Source: an uncultured Erysipelotrichaceae bacterium
GTDB taxonomy: Bacteria; Bacillota_I; Bacilli_A; RF39; UBA660
Direction: 5' to 3'
DNA length: 64,000 nucleotides
NCBI GenBank assembly: GCA_902800945.1
Contig: CADCFX010000007.1
Location: forward strand, 1,376-65,375
The position numbers were made by a program, and so were the translations under genes. Below are positions 18,472-32,600 of this stretch, one piece after another (within the stretch, counting starts at the first letter, position 1; every line of letters begins with the position of its first letter). Below the pieces are notes generated by a model, which worked only from the letters and a program-made list of their open reading frames with translations, made no database searches and was not told where the DNA came from.

Positions 18472-19878
18472 ATGCAAGATTCTTTAAGTGAAGCTATTAG
18501 TAAGAAAATTGATAGTATTGCTAATAGAAATAATATGTATCATTCTGGAAAAGTAACAAAGATTAATAATTTTATTGTTGAAGTTGTTGGTTTAGAAGAT
18601 GCATTTTTCTTCGAAAAAGTATTTGTTGGTAATGAAGAAAATGTTGGATATGTTGATAAAATTGAAGTTAATAAAGTAATTATTTCACTTGTTAAGACTA
18701 ATGGAACTATAGCAGTAGGGAATTCGGTAATAACAACTGGTGAAGTTCTCCAAGCATCTTTTTCTAAAGATTCAATGGGAATGATTATTGATTCGTTTGG
18801 TTTTGATAAGTTAACAGGAAGAAGGATTAATAATAGTATAACTATTCCAATTGAGACGAAGAAGATTGGAATTATGGAAAGAGGTACTGTTAATAGACCT
18901 TTGGAAACTGGTATAGCTGGAATAGATTTGATGTTTCCTATAGGAAAAGGACAACGACAGTTAATTATTGGTGATAAGAAGACAGGAAAAACACAGATTT
19001 GTTTAGATACAATAGTTAATCAAAAGGGAAAAAATGTTATTTGTATATATGTTGCTATAGGTAAGACCAAGAAAGAATTAAAGAGATTATATTCCAAATT
19101 GGTTTCTAAAGGGGCTCATGCTTATACGATAATAATTGCTTCATTTAATGATGACTTAGTTCCATTGATAAAGCTCACTCCGTATGTTGCTTTATCAATA
19201 GCAGAAGTATATATGCGTGAGGGAAGGGATGTTTTGGTATGTATAGACGATTTAAAGAAACATGCTGATGCATGTAGAGAAATAGCATTATTATCAGAAA
19301 AGAATACTGGACGAGATGCTTATCCTGCGGATATTTTCTATACTCATTCAAGATTGTTAGAAAAAGGATGTCAGCATAAGGATGGTGGATCAATTACTAT
19401 TTTACCAATAGTGGAGACTAAGGGTGGAGATATTACCGATTATATTTCTACTAATATTATTTCTATTACTGATGGTCAGCTTGTTTTATCTGAAAAAATG
19501 TTTAAAAAAGGTCAAAAGCCAGCGTTGAATTTTGGATTGAGTGTATCACGTTTGGGTGGTGCTGTTCAAAAAGATATGATTAAAAAGATCGGTGCAGTAG
19601 TAAAAAGAGAATTGCTTTCTTATTTGGAAACAGCGGATGTTTATCAGTTGGTTAATATAGAGTCAATGTCTTTCGAATTGCGAAAGAAACTAGAAGATGG
19701 CAAAAAAATGCTTGATCTTTTAAAACAGCCTAAGTTTACTCCCATGAGTGAGGACGTTTTGATTGATAGATTTGGCTATGTAATTGAAGATGATCATTCT
19801 GAAGTTTCAGAGAATAATAGTGATAATGGTAGTAGTGATGAGGTAGAGCTGCCTAAGCTAGCTAATAATGGTGATTAA
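18472..19878 (+). CDS. F1-ATPase alpha subunit-like protein
   Basis: P-loop IGDKKTGKT (canonical GDRQTGKT), then VICIYVAIGKT, and GLSVSRLGGAVQ, which retains the Arg-finger context. The 468 aa include an acidic C-terminal tail (DDHSEVSENNSDNGSSDEVE). Confidence 0.85.
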   Translation: MQDSLSEAISKKIDSIANRNNMYHSGKVTKINNFIVEVVGLEDAFFFEKVFVGNEENVGYVDKIEVNKVIISLVKTNGTIAVGNSVITTGEVLQASFSKDSMGMIIDSFGFDKLTGRRINNSITIPIETKKIGIMERGTVNRPLETGIAGIDLMFPIGKGQRQLIIGDKKTGKTQICLDTIVNQKGKNVICIYVAIGKTKKELKRLYSKLVSKGAHAYTIIIASFNDDLVPLIKLTPYVALSIAEVYMREGRDVLVCIDDLKKHADACREIALLSEKNTGRDAYPADIFYTHSRLLEKGCQHKDGGSITILPIVETKGGDITDYISTNIISITDGQLVLSEKMFKKGQKPALNFGLSVSRLGGAVQKDMIKKIGAVVKRELLSYLETADVYQLVNIESMSFELRKKLEDGKKMLDLLKQPKFTPMSEDVLIDRFGYVIEDDHSEVSENNSDNGSSDEVELPKLANNGD

Positions 19879-19880
19879 CT

Positions 19881-22307
<2,427 letters not shown>

Positions 22308-22309
22308 TA

Positions 22310-22804
22310 ATGATTAGTTATTTAAGGTTAACATTTTCTATTTTTTGTTATATAAGTATTGTGGCATTAATATTATTTGTTATTGGATTTATTCTTACAA
22401 GTAAATATAAGAATAAGTACCGAGGGTTTTATGCTGTTTTTTTGGGAATAACCAAAAGAGAAATATTTATTCATGTTACTAATTTTCTTAATTGCTTATT
22501 ATTATTTTATTTTTTGTTTAATATTAATGCATTTTATAGATATGGTTTGATTATGATTATACTTATTAATCTGTTATCATGTACATTTTCTTTTAATTTT
22601 CATATAATTATAATGGATGTTGTATATACTTGTATTTCTTCCTTACTATTTATGATTTTAAGGTTGGTAAATAATTATTTGGTAGATGTAGTATTTGATT
22701 ATAAAGTAAATATATTGAGAGTAGTTTTTATGATACTTGTTGCTATGTATATAGTATATATAACAGTAAGTATGAAATCTTATAAGGGATTAAGGAGGAC
22801 ATAA
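22310..22804 (+). CDS. Small polytopic membrane protein (about 5 TM), unknown family
   Basis: 164 aa, starting 2 nt after the epsilon-like stop. Carries an Arg in the hydrophobic context FMILRLVNNYL. No confident family assignment. Confidence 0.6.
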   Translation: MISYLRLTFSIFCYISIVALILFVIGFILTSKYKNKYRGFYAVFLGITKREIFIHVTNFLNCLLLFYFLFNINAFYRYGLIMIILINLLSCTFSFNFHIIIMDVVYTCISSLLFMILRLVNNYLVDVVFDYKVNILRVVFMILVAMYIVYITVSMKSYKGLRRT

Positions 22805-23577
22805 TGGATAATAGTTATCAAGAAAATATTGAGAAAACTAAAAAAAAGAACAAAAGAGTTAAAGCTTTAGTCGTAGGTATTGGATCTATAGTTGCTTTAG
22901 CTTGTATAATAGTATGTATAATAGTTGTTAAAAAGTATTATTCAAATATTAATACTGTTGAATTTGATAATTATGAATTATATCAATATTTTGCGGGTAA
23001 AAAAGTTGAATATACCGGTAAAGTAACTATTCAAAGGGAAAATGAAATCACAAGTATAAAGAATAAAGATGAGGAAATGGAATTAGATATTATACCGATT
23101 TATTTTCAGAAGATTGATAATCAGGTGATGTTTCCTGTAAATATGTCTATTGTTTATTTAAATAATAAAACGCAAGCTTATAAGATTAATTATTTTACTA
23201 AATTAGAAAATGAAGTTGTAAATGAAGAGGAAAGCACTTTTGTTTATTATCAAGATAAAAAAATGTATTTAGGTGATTCTATTATTTATGACGGGAATGA
23301 TTTATACTTATTTCCTTATTCAACTACTATAATAGTTGATGATGTTAAGTATGAATTAGCTCCATTATCATATGTTATTGTTGATTTTAATGATACAATA
23401 GAGATATATGATAAAAGAAATGATAAGTATATAATTATTGATGATTTTAAGAATAATGTAATGGCTTATTATAAAAAATATGTTATTAATCTTAGTACGG
23501 ATATGATTATGTATGATAATGGTAATCGTATATTGAGAAAGAATATTGATAAATTAGAATTGTTTAATGGTAATTAA
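22804..23577 (+). CDS. N-terminally anchored extracytoplasmic protein (257 aa), unknown family
   Basis: The start ATG overlaps the upstream stop (TAATG). TM helix ALVVGIGSIVALACIIVCIIVV is followed by a beta-rich soluble domain. Confidence 0.7.
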   Translation: MDNSYQENIEKTKKKNKRVKALVVGIGSIVALACIIVCIIVVKKYYSNINTVEFDNYELYQYFAGKKVEYTGKVTIQRENEITSIKNKDEEMELDIIPIYFQKIDNQVMFPVNMSIVYLNNKTQAYKINYFTKLENEVVNEEESTFVYYQDKKMYLGDSIIYDGNDLYLFPYSTTIIVDDVKYELAPLSYVIVDFNDTIEIYDKRNDKYIIIDDFKNNVMAYYKKYVINLSTDMIMYDNGNRILRKNIDKLELFNGN

Positions 23578-23604
23578 TAGATAATTAAAAAGGATGTTTT
23601 TAAC

Positions 23605-26600
23605 ATGAAGAAGAAGATTGCAAAGTTGATAAAAAAGTTAAAGATGAATAAATTTAAGGATTCTAAACTAGTTAAAGTATTACCTGTTTTTATCGTGGCA
23701 ATTTTTATATTTGTTATATTCCTTTTTAATTATTTATTTAATACTTATAGTTTTGTTATGGTGGTTGAAGAAAAAGGGTATTTTCTTAGCTCTGATTCTG
23801 CTCCTGAAAGCCTTAGAAGTAATAATTATGATAAAGCGGAAGATAAACTAAAGGTTGCGGAAATAGAGCAGAATGAATATATTTATAAAACCCCTTTAAA
23901 TCATTATGTAGATAATTCTAGGAGTTCAACAATTAATATGTCTTATCCGTTGTTTATTAACGATGGATTGGCAATAATAAATTATAATGATAATACTAAT
24001 TTGGTTAGTACTGATTTGAAAAGATTAACGGGTCTAAATAATGTGGTTTTTTCATATGGAAGCGTTTATGATCCAGTTACTTATGTAAGTCTTGATGGTG
24101 ATAAATATATTCTTTTGAATTATGAAAATGGTATATATTTGAATTTATATGATTTAGATATTAAATCTGAAGCTCAAGAAGTTACTATTCCTATTAATAG
24201 TTTTATTTACTTTTCTAAAGATAAAATAAACTATTATGAAAGAGGAGAAAATACGTTTGTTAAAAATAGTATTGATGTGGATTTTAATACCACATTAAGG
24301 TTTTACTATGCTAGTAATAATGAAGAATATATTTATGGGTATGAAGACTTTTTGAAAGTAATAGGTATATCTTTTAAGACGATTGAGGAGATACCGGAAA
24401 AGCAAATCATTACTCCTGAAGAGGTTATAGAAGAAGTAGATGAAGAAGATGTTACACCAGTGCCTCCTGCTATTATGGAAGAGGTTCAGAAGCCTGGATT
24501 TACCTATGTAAAGCCATCTGTAGCTGTACAAAGATTTACTCCTAATGTTTATTCTATGTCGTCAAATCTGATTATTAAAGATCCGTCTGGGGTTATTATT
24601 AAGCCACCTACTTTTACATTAGTATCTGGTGGAAAAACATTTGCTAGAAGAGCTTTTTATGCTAGTGGTAATATTTTAATATCAGGATTATATGCAAGTA
24701 CGGAGTATAAAATTGTTGGTCAATATACATATTTAGATGAGGATTTAAAGACTAAAAAAATAGTTACTTTCTACTCAGATACTTTAACAACTTTAGGACT
24801 AGAGGAATTAGAACCTATTGAAATAGAATTTGAAAATGGAGAGATTTATTCAAATAAAATTGAGCTGGCTAAAATGATATTAACTAGTTCTTTAGATAGT
24901 GAAGTGTTAAGAGGGGTTAAGAATTTTGCTTTAACTATAGGAGATACTAATTATTTCTTTAGTAAATCTGATTTGAACAAGTTGATAAATGGTAAAGAAA
25001 TAAATAATATTTCTACACCAGAAAGTTTGGAATCTGATAAAGAATTTGACTTTGAGATTACTTTTTATGATGGAAAGAATAACAAGTTGGAAGCTAGAAA
25101 TAATAAGGGGCATACTCGTACGTCTAGGAGACCACCTGCGGTTGTATTAAAGGTTGTAGAAAATGAAGTTGATTATGTTGGAATAAGTGTTAATTTAAAG
25201 AATGATGATAATATTAAAATAGGTAATTATCATTATGTTGTTACTAATTCTTCGGGGGTTACAGTATTAAGTGATACTATTAGTGATGAACGATTTAAGT
25301 TATATAATTTGGATCCAAATCAAGTGTTTAATATCAATGTATATGGTGATATTGATTTGAACGATGGTAAAGGTGAAAGAAAAGATTATGTATTAGGTAG
25401 TATGGAATTTACTTCTTTACCAATTACTAGTTTAGGTTTTTTGAATTTTGATTTTGAATCTAATGAATTAACTAAGGATTCAGTAACTCTTAATTATAGA
25501 ATTAATTCTTCTAAAACTGATGATAGATTATTAAAATTGTTAAAACAATTACATATTAAGCTATTTAGAGAAGATAATAATGAGTTGGTTACAGAGTATT
25601 CTTTATCTTCTCAGGAAATAACAAGAATTAAGAATTATGAAGAGCTGACTTTATTATTTAAGAATTTGAATTCAAATACTTCTTACTATATTGAGATAGA
25701 TTCTGTTGTACAACAGGGGGAAACAACTTATGATTTAGATTGTTTGCATAGTTTAAAACCATTTACTACGCGAAAAAAACCGGCGGAAGTAGTTATTGCT
25801 AATAGTTTTGTAAGTAATAACATGATTGATTTAGATGTTAAAATAAATGATCCCGATAATTCGGTATTAACTAAAGAAGTTAGGTTAGAATTAAGGGATT
25901 TAAATGATACATTGGTAGACGCTAGAATTATTAAAACTAATACTGATTTTGAAAGAATTACTTATAATAATCTTAAAGTTAATACTAATTATGTTTTAAA
26001 GTTTATTGCTGATGAATATAATGAGACAAATAGTAATTCTACATTTGTATCTAAATATGTGTTGAAGAGTATTAGCAAATATACAGAGGAAAGTATAAGT
26101 GGAAAAATAGAATTAACTTCTTCTTTGCGTGTAGCTAATGGGGAAAACTTAGTAGATATGTATTCCGAAACAAAATGGATTCAAACTATTAATACTTATA
26201 CTATACCTAAAACTATTGATAGTGAAGGTGATATGCATATATATTCTAAAAATGGTTCATCTTCATATATGTATGATTTAAGTGATTATCATGGTGAGAT
26301 TGTTACTGCAACTTTCAAAATAAAAGCTATTAATCCTTTGAGTGCTGGTCACAGATTGTTTTTTGAAAACTATTTAGGTAATACAACTAGTTTGAATTAT
26401 GGGATTGAACTTACGAATATTTCAACCGATAAATGGACTACTTATACTTATACTTTTAGGGTTGGAAGTTATAAAAGCGGAAATAACTTTGTAAATAATA
26501 CTAGTACATATTATGGTAAATATAGAACTGATTTTATTGGATTTTGGTTTACTAATGGTTCAAAGTTTACGGCTGAATATGAAGTTAGAGATTTTATGAT

Positions 26601-29600
26601 TTATAAATCAAGAGAAAGAAAAGAAGTTAATCTGGGAAATGCTTCTATTTTACCTGGAACTTATAATAATAATGGAACAATAAATGTTACTGGTTCTTAT
26701 TATGATAGAAGGGCAAGAGTAAGTGAACCGTTGATTTTAGAGGGGAATAGAGCTTATACATTTGATTTTGCTGATTCTGATAATGACTATTCTGCTTATA
26801 TTTATTTTACTGATCTTAGTAATAAGTATAAATCAGCATATGGTTGGTTTGAATCTGGTAGAACTGTTTATGTACCTAGTGGATCTAAAACTTGGTTGGT
26901 ATTTAGAAATTATAGTGGTAATGCCAATATTGATCCGAGTAAGGTAAATCTAAAGATTACTGAGTATGTAGATTTGCCAAGTAAATCTTATGAGACGTTT
27001 AGTTATGATTTTGTAACTAATACACGGGTTAATATTAAGGATTTAAAAGATGAAATAAGTAATAATACATATTATATTCAAGTAAAAGATGAAAACGGAG
27101 AGAAATTATATAGTAATGAGTATGTTGAATTAATAAATACAGATGTTATTAAAGATGCAATAAAATCTGTCGATTTGGAAGAGAATAAAAAATATACTAT
27201 TTGTTTAGCTATTTCTATTAGAGATAGGGAATATGTTCTTGATAGTTTTGACATATCTACTGATAATGAGGTTAAGGGGATTGCAAATACTAATGATTGG
27301 GTATATATGCAACCGAATGGTAATTATATAGTATTAAATGATTTGGATTTTTATGAATTTACAGCTCAAACACTAGGTTGGGGATATAAATATTTCTATG
27401 GAACAATAGATTTTCAAGGATATAGTGCTAATGTTTATTCGCTTTCAGATAGGAATAATTATACGAGATTAGGAAGAATAGAAAAAAGTGGCATTTTAAA
27501 GAATATGGTTTTAAATGTTCATTTGAACAATACAATAGTTAATACGAGTATAAGAGGATTTGTTTCTTCTAATTATGGTACGATAGAGAATGTAGAAATA
27601 AATGTTTATGATGAAAGAGAAACTAAATTTAATGATACTTATTTTAATACTTTAGTTGATGTTAATCATGTATCTGGAGTGATTCAAAACTTTGTTATGA
27701 AGCTAAAAACGAAAGTTAATTTATATTCAGAGGTGGGATTATTAACTAGGTATAATTATGGAACTGTAAGAAATGGTTATGTGTATGGAGAAAATGCAAT
27801 TATTTCTAATGAAAATAGTGGGGCGTCTGCTAGAACTATTGGGTTAATACAAAGATATGGTGGTGTTAAGTCACTTGTTGATCATATCTATGTTATCAAC
27901 AACTATGAGTTCCCAAGCGATTTTGCTTATGATATTACGGGGTTAATTGCTTATGAAACATATGGTACATTACGTAATTCTTATACTGTTGGTAATGCTA
28001 ATAATATTAATCAGGCAGTAGGTCCTGTGGTAGGCTATGTAAGAGCAACTGCTAATTATAGTAATATTCATTATTTAAGTGATTATATCTATACAACCAA
28101 TAATCAAAATAAGATTACGGCTTTAAATCTTAATGATGTGTCTTTTCAAAAAAGTGTACTTGGAGATGGATTTAATGTTGATGAAATGGTTAAGCTAGGG
28201 TATTATCCTCAAGTTAGATATACTTATAATAAGATGCCTAAGCAAGAATTTAATGAGTTACCATATTATTCTGAAACAAGTGTTGTAGATATTATTACGA
28301 TGGAAGTTGTAGAACAAACAAATTCAACTGCAATGGTAGATGTTGTTGTTGATAATCCAAATGGAGATCAAATAGATAATGTAGCTATTTCAGATGTTAG
28401 GACTAGAGTAGTATCGCAAAATTTTGAAGATGGGAAAACCTATTTAAAATTAGAAGTATATGATCCAGATATTTATGTATCTAAATATGCTATTAGAAAT
28501 ATAACCTGTAGAAGTTATAATGGTTTGCTTTCATCTAAGGCATATGCTGCTGGAGAAAAGTATCTATATGTAGATTTCTATCAAGAGATTAATTCGGTTG
28601 AAGATTGGATGCAGATTAATAGAAATCTAAATCAGAATTTTGCAATTATGAAGGATTTGAATTTCATAGAGTATACAGGATATACATTGGGTAATTTTTC
28701 TGGAAAAATAGATGGAAATAATCATGTTTTAAGAAATATTAGTCTTTATGGAAATGTATCAGGATTGTTTAATCAAATGAATGGAACTTTACAGAATATT
28801 AGTTTTGAAAATATAACTAAGAGTTCTGATTCTACTTATAGCGGTTTGATAGGTTATTCAAACCAATATGCTAATTTTAATAATGTTCATGTTAAGAATA
28901 TTACGATAATTGTTCCACCAACTAGGACTGCAGACACCTTGTATGTTGGGGGACTTGTTGGATATTTATATTATTCTAAGGTTACGAATTCAACTATAAC
29001 TGATGTAACTATTACCTCTACTCCTGAGATTACGGATGTTAATGCGGGAGGTATGGCCGGTTATAGTGTGGCTGGTGGATATAGTAATGTTTTGGTACAG
29101 AATGCTAATATTAGTATTAAGAATGCTAAAAGTGTTAGTGGTGTAGGAGGAATTGTAGGTAGAGATACTAGTAGTATTTCTAGTATTGCTAATGCTTATT
29201 CTACTGGAACAATAGTTTCAAATGGGTATCGTACTGGTGGTATAATTGGAGCGACAAGTGGATATGTTGAGAACAGTTATTCAACTGTAAATATTCAGAG
29301 TGATATAGATAGTGTTGGTGGAATAGCAGGCTATTCAGGTACTCCGGCCGATATAATGAACAATTTATATCTTGGAAATATGTATTCTAAGATAGAAGGT
29401 GCTGTATTTGGACGTATAATTAGTAATAATTATTTGGAAGATGAAAGTAATAACTATGCTTATGATAATTCTTTAATAAATGGTATGAAAACTACTGAAT
29501 TTGATGAGGAATATGAAAATAATATATATTATGGTGTACTAACTCCGATTAATAAGGGGGAATCATTTATTAGTTATGAAGAGTTATTAGATGTTGATAC

Positions 29601-32600
29601 TTATACTTCTGGTGATAAGTTACGATTGGGAGATTCTTTTGATTATTCTGAGGTTAGCCAAGGTACACTTCCAAAACTATATTATTTGGATTCGACAGAG
29701 TTATTACCTAATCAGTTAGATACTAAAATTAAGCAACAGATGTTTAGAGTTACTAACTTAGTTATTGATAAGCATGTTGATCATGCTAACTTGGTGTTGT
29801 ATTTAGATAATCCAGATGAATATTTAATAACGGATATAGTATTAGATGATACTAATGTTCAAATTAGTAATATTACTAATCATGAGGGAACAACTATTAT
29901 TAATTTCACAGCAACTCCTAAGAAATATTATGATTCTTATATGATTAGTGAAATTAAGTATCGTGTAGATATTAATGCTAGCGAAGAAAGGGAATTTAAG
30001 AATATTAGAATTCCGATGACTTTCTATAAAAACTTATCTACTTTTGATGATTGGCAAGCTGTAAGTACAAGTGATGCTGAAAACTATGTTTTAGTTAATG
30101 ATATTGATTTTACGGGATTAGACTTTAAAAAAGGTGTAGTATTTAATCGTTTAGAGACACCATCTAATGATGAAAAATACACTTTAAGGGGATTTAATTA
30201 TTCTAATAATACTAGTGGTAATAATAAAGCAATTATTAATAAAATAGTTACTTCTTTAAGAAATATTAATTTTGAAGATATTGAAATAAGAAATACACAA
30301 GGATCAAGTAATAATTATATAAATTTAATTAATTATAACTATGGTTCTATTGATAATGTTAGTTTTAAGGATATTGAAATATATGCGCCTAGCAAGAGTA
30401 GAGTAGCTTTAATTGGACAGGGGTTAACTAATCATATAAATAATATTTCGCTAGATAATATTAAAATAACTGGTAAATCGTATGTAGCAGGTTTATTGGC
30501 TTATTATGACAATGGTGTTAATAATCATATTTCTAATATAGAGGGTAAAAATTTAACTATTTATGCTTCTAATGGATATGCTGGTGGAATATTTTCAACA
30601 TTTAGTACGGCTCATGGAGTAGATGCTAAAACTAAAACAAATATTGAGGGTAGTCCAGACTTAGATGATTCGGTAAACTTGGTTAGAAATATAAAGGTAA
30701 GTGATTCAACTATAACTATGCCTTCTGGTAATTATGCTGGTGGAATAGGAGCGTATGCTGGAGCTAATGATTCAGTGGTTGATAATGTAACAGTAAATGG
30801 AAATAAATATGTTGGTGGAGCGTTTGGATATGCTTATGAGTCTTATATGTATAATATTACTGTTAAGAACTCCAACGTATCAGGAATTGATAGCTATATT
30901 GGCGGTTTGGCAGGTCAAAGTAGATATTTGTATGATTGTTTGGTTGATAATACTAATGTTAAAGGTACTAGCACCTCAACAGATGGAGTAGCGGGATTTG
31001 TTGGATATATTAATGGATATGCACTTAGAAGAAGTGTTGTTCAAAATAGCACAGTAGTTAACAGCGGTAATAATACCGGTTGTTTAGTTGGAAGTATGTC
31101 GGGTGGTACGTTACATACTATGTCTTGTCATAATAGTACAATTACAGGACAATCAAAAACTGGAGGTATGGCTGGTAATGTTAATACTGGTACTATATCA
31201 ACTTCAAAAGTTACTAATAGTGTTATTCATTCAGCTGGTAATTATGCTGGTGGAGTGGCCGGATATTTTTATAATATTAATGATCAAGCTACGTATCGTG
31301 AAGGTGTGTTTAGAAATCTATTGGTAGCAGGGGTAGATATTTCTAGTAGGAGTTATGCCGGAGGTATTCTTGGAGGAAAGAATACCGAAATATATAAAAA
31401 GAATAATGATTATGAATTGTATTTTGAAGGAGTTGTTTCTACTGAAGATAATATTACGGCTGGAGTAGGAGCCGGAGATGATTCTAATAAGGAAATTCTT
31501 AATCTAGGACATGCTGGTTTCTATAATAGATCAGTTATAAATGGGGAAGAAATATCTAATAATATAGCTCCTTTAGAAAATGATAATCTTATTAAACATA
31601 TTAATTCGGGATTTGTTAATGAAACTACTGGTGAGCCTGGAGATAATCTTAATTATCCTAATGCGGGATATACTGATATGATAAAATTAGAACAGGGTAA
31701 AAACTATTATTTTAGAGCGGAAAATGTTAACAATAATAGTGGTGATATATTTAGAGTTAGATTATATGATGCTAATAGAAAATATATAAGTAATGCTGCT
31801 TGGAATTCAAATACTTGGTATTACTTTAGTCACTATACTAATTTTGGTAATGTTGATGATTATTCTTTTACTGTTAATCATGATTGTTATGTTAGATTTG
31901 TATTCTTTTATACAGCTTCAGCTTCTTTATATGAGATAAAGACAGCGTATAACATGGTACCAGAAAGTAAGCTTTTAAATTCTTCTGATATTAGAGATAA
32001 ACTAACATGGGTTAGATATGCACCAGGTGGAGCAGATTTATATCAAAAAACGCAATTATGGTTTGATTCTGATTATTGGGATACTACTCCTTTAAATGGT
32101 GGTGTTGAAAACTTAGAAGTTCCTGATTTATCTGGTCATGGTAAAAAGGGAATTGCTAATGTAAGTATGATGCATAAAGATAAAGGTTTCTTCTTCGATG
32201 GGGTGGATGATAATATTCAAATACCAGATTATACGCCAAGTAGTAACATAACTGTTTCAACAACTTTTACATCTTATGCAAGTAGAAGTTGGCAATTACT
32301 ATTTAATTATGGAACGGCATCAACGAATTATTTTGGGGTATTTATAAGTGGAAAGGCTTTATATGTAGTTATTAATGGATCTACTTATAATAGCGGTTAT
32401 TATGTACCTTTGTATAAAGAAGTTAATATGACTGCTACTTATGATTCTAATAAATATTTGAAAATATATGCAGATGGTAATTTGGTATATACTAATAATA
32501 ATGTTAATAAAACCATCGGTTCTTCAGTTGATGCTAAGACTTATGTGGGGCATGATATTCATTATAGTTCAACTTCTTATAAATTTTTGGGATATATCAA

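Noticed and set aside
24295-31327. Short ORFs inside the 3546-aa gene (24295-24531 and 24931-25113 on minus; 26762-26947, 30797-30991 and 31088-31327 on plus)
   Set aside because: They are embedded in alternative frames of an uninterrupted 10.6-kb ORF with recognisable domains. The hydrophobic low-complexity translations are frame artefacts.
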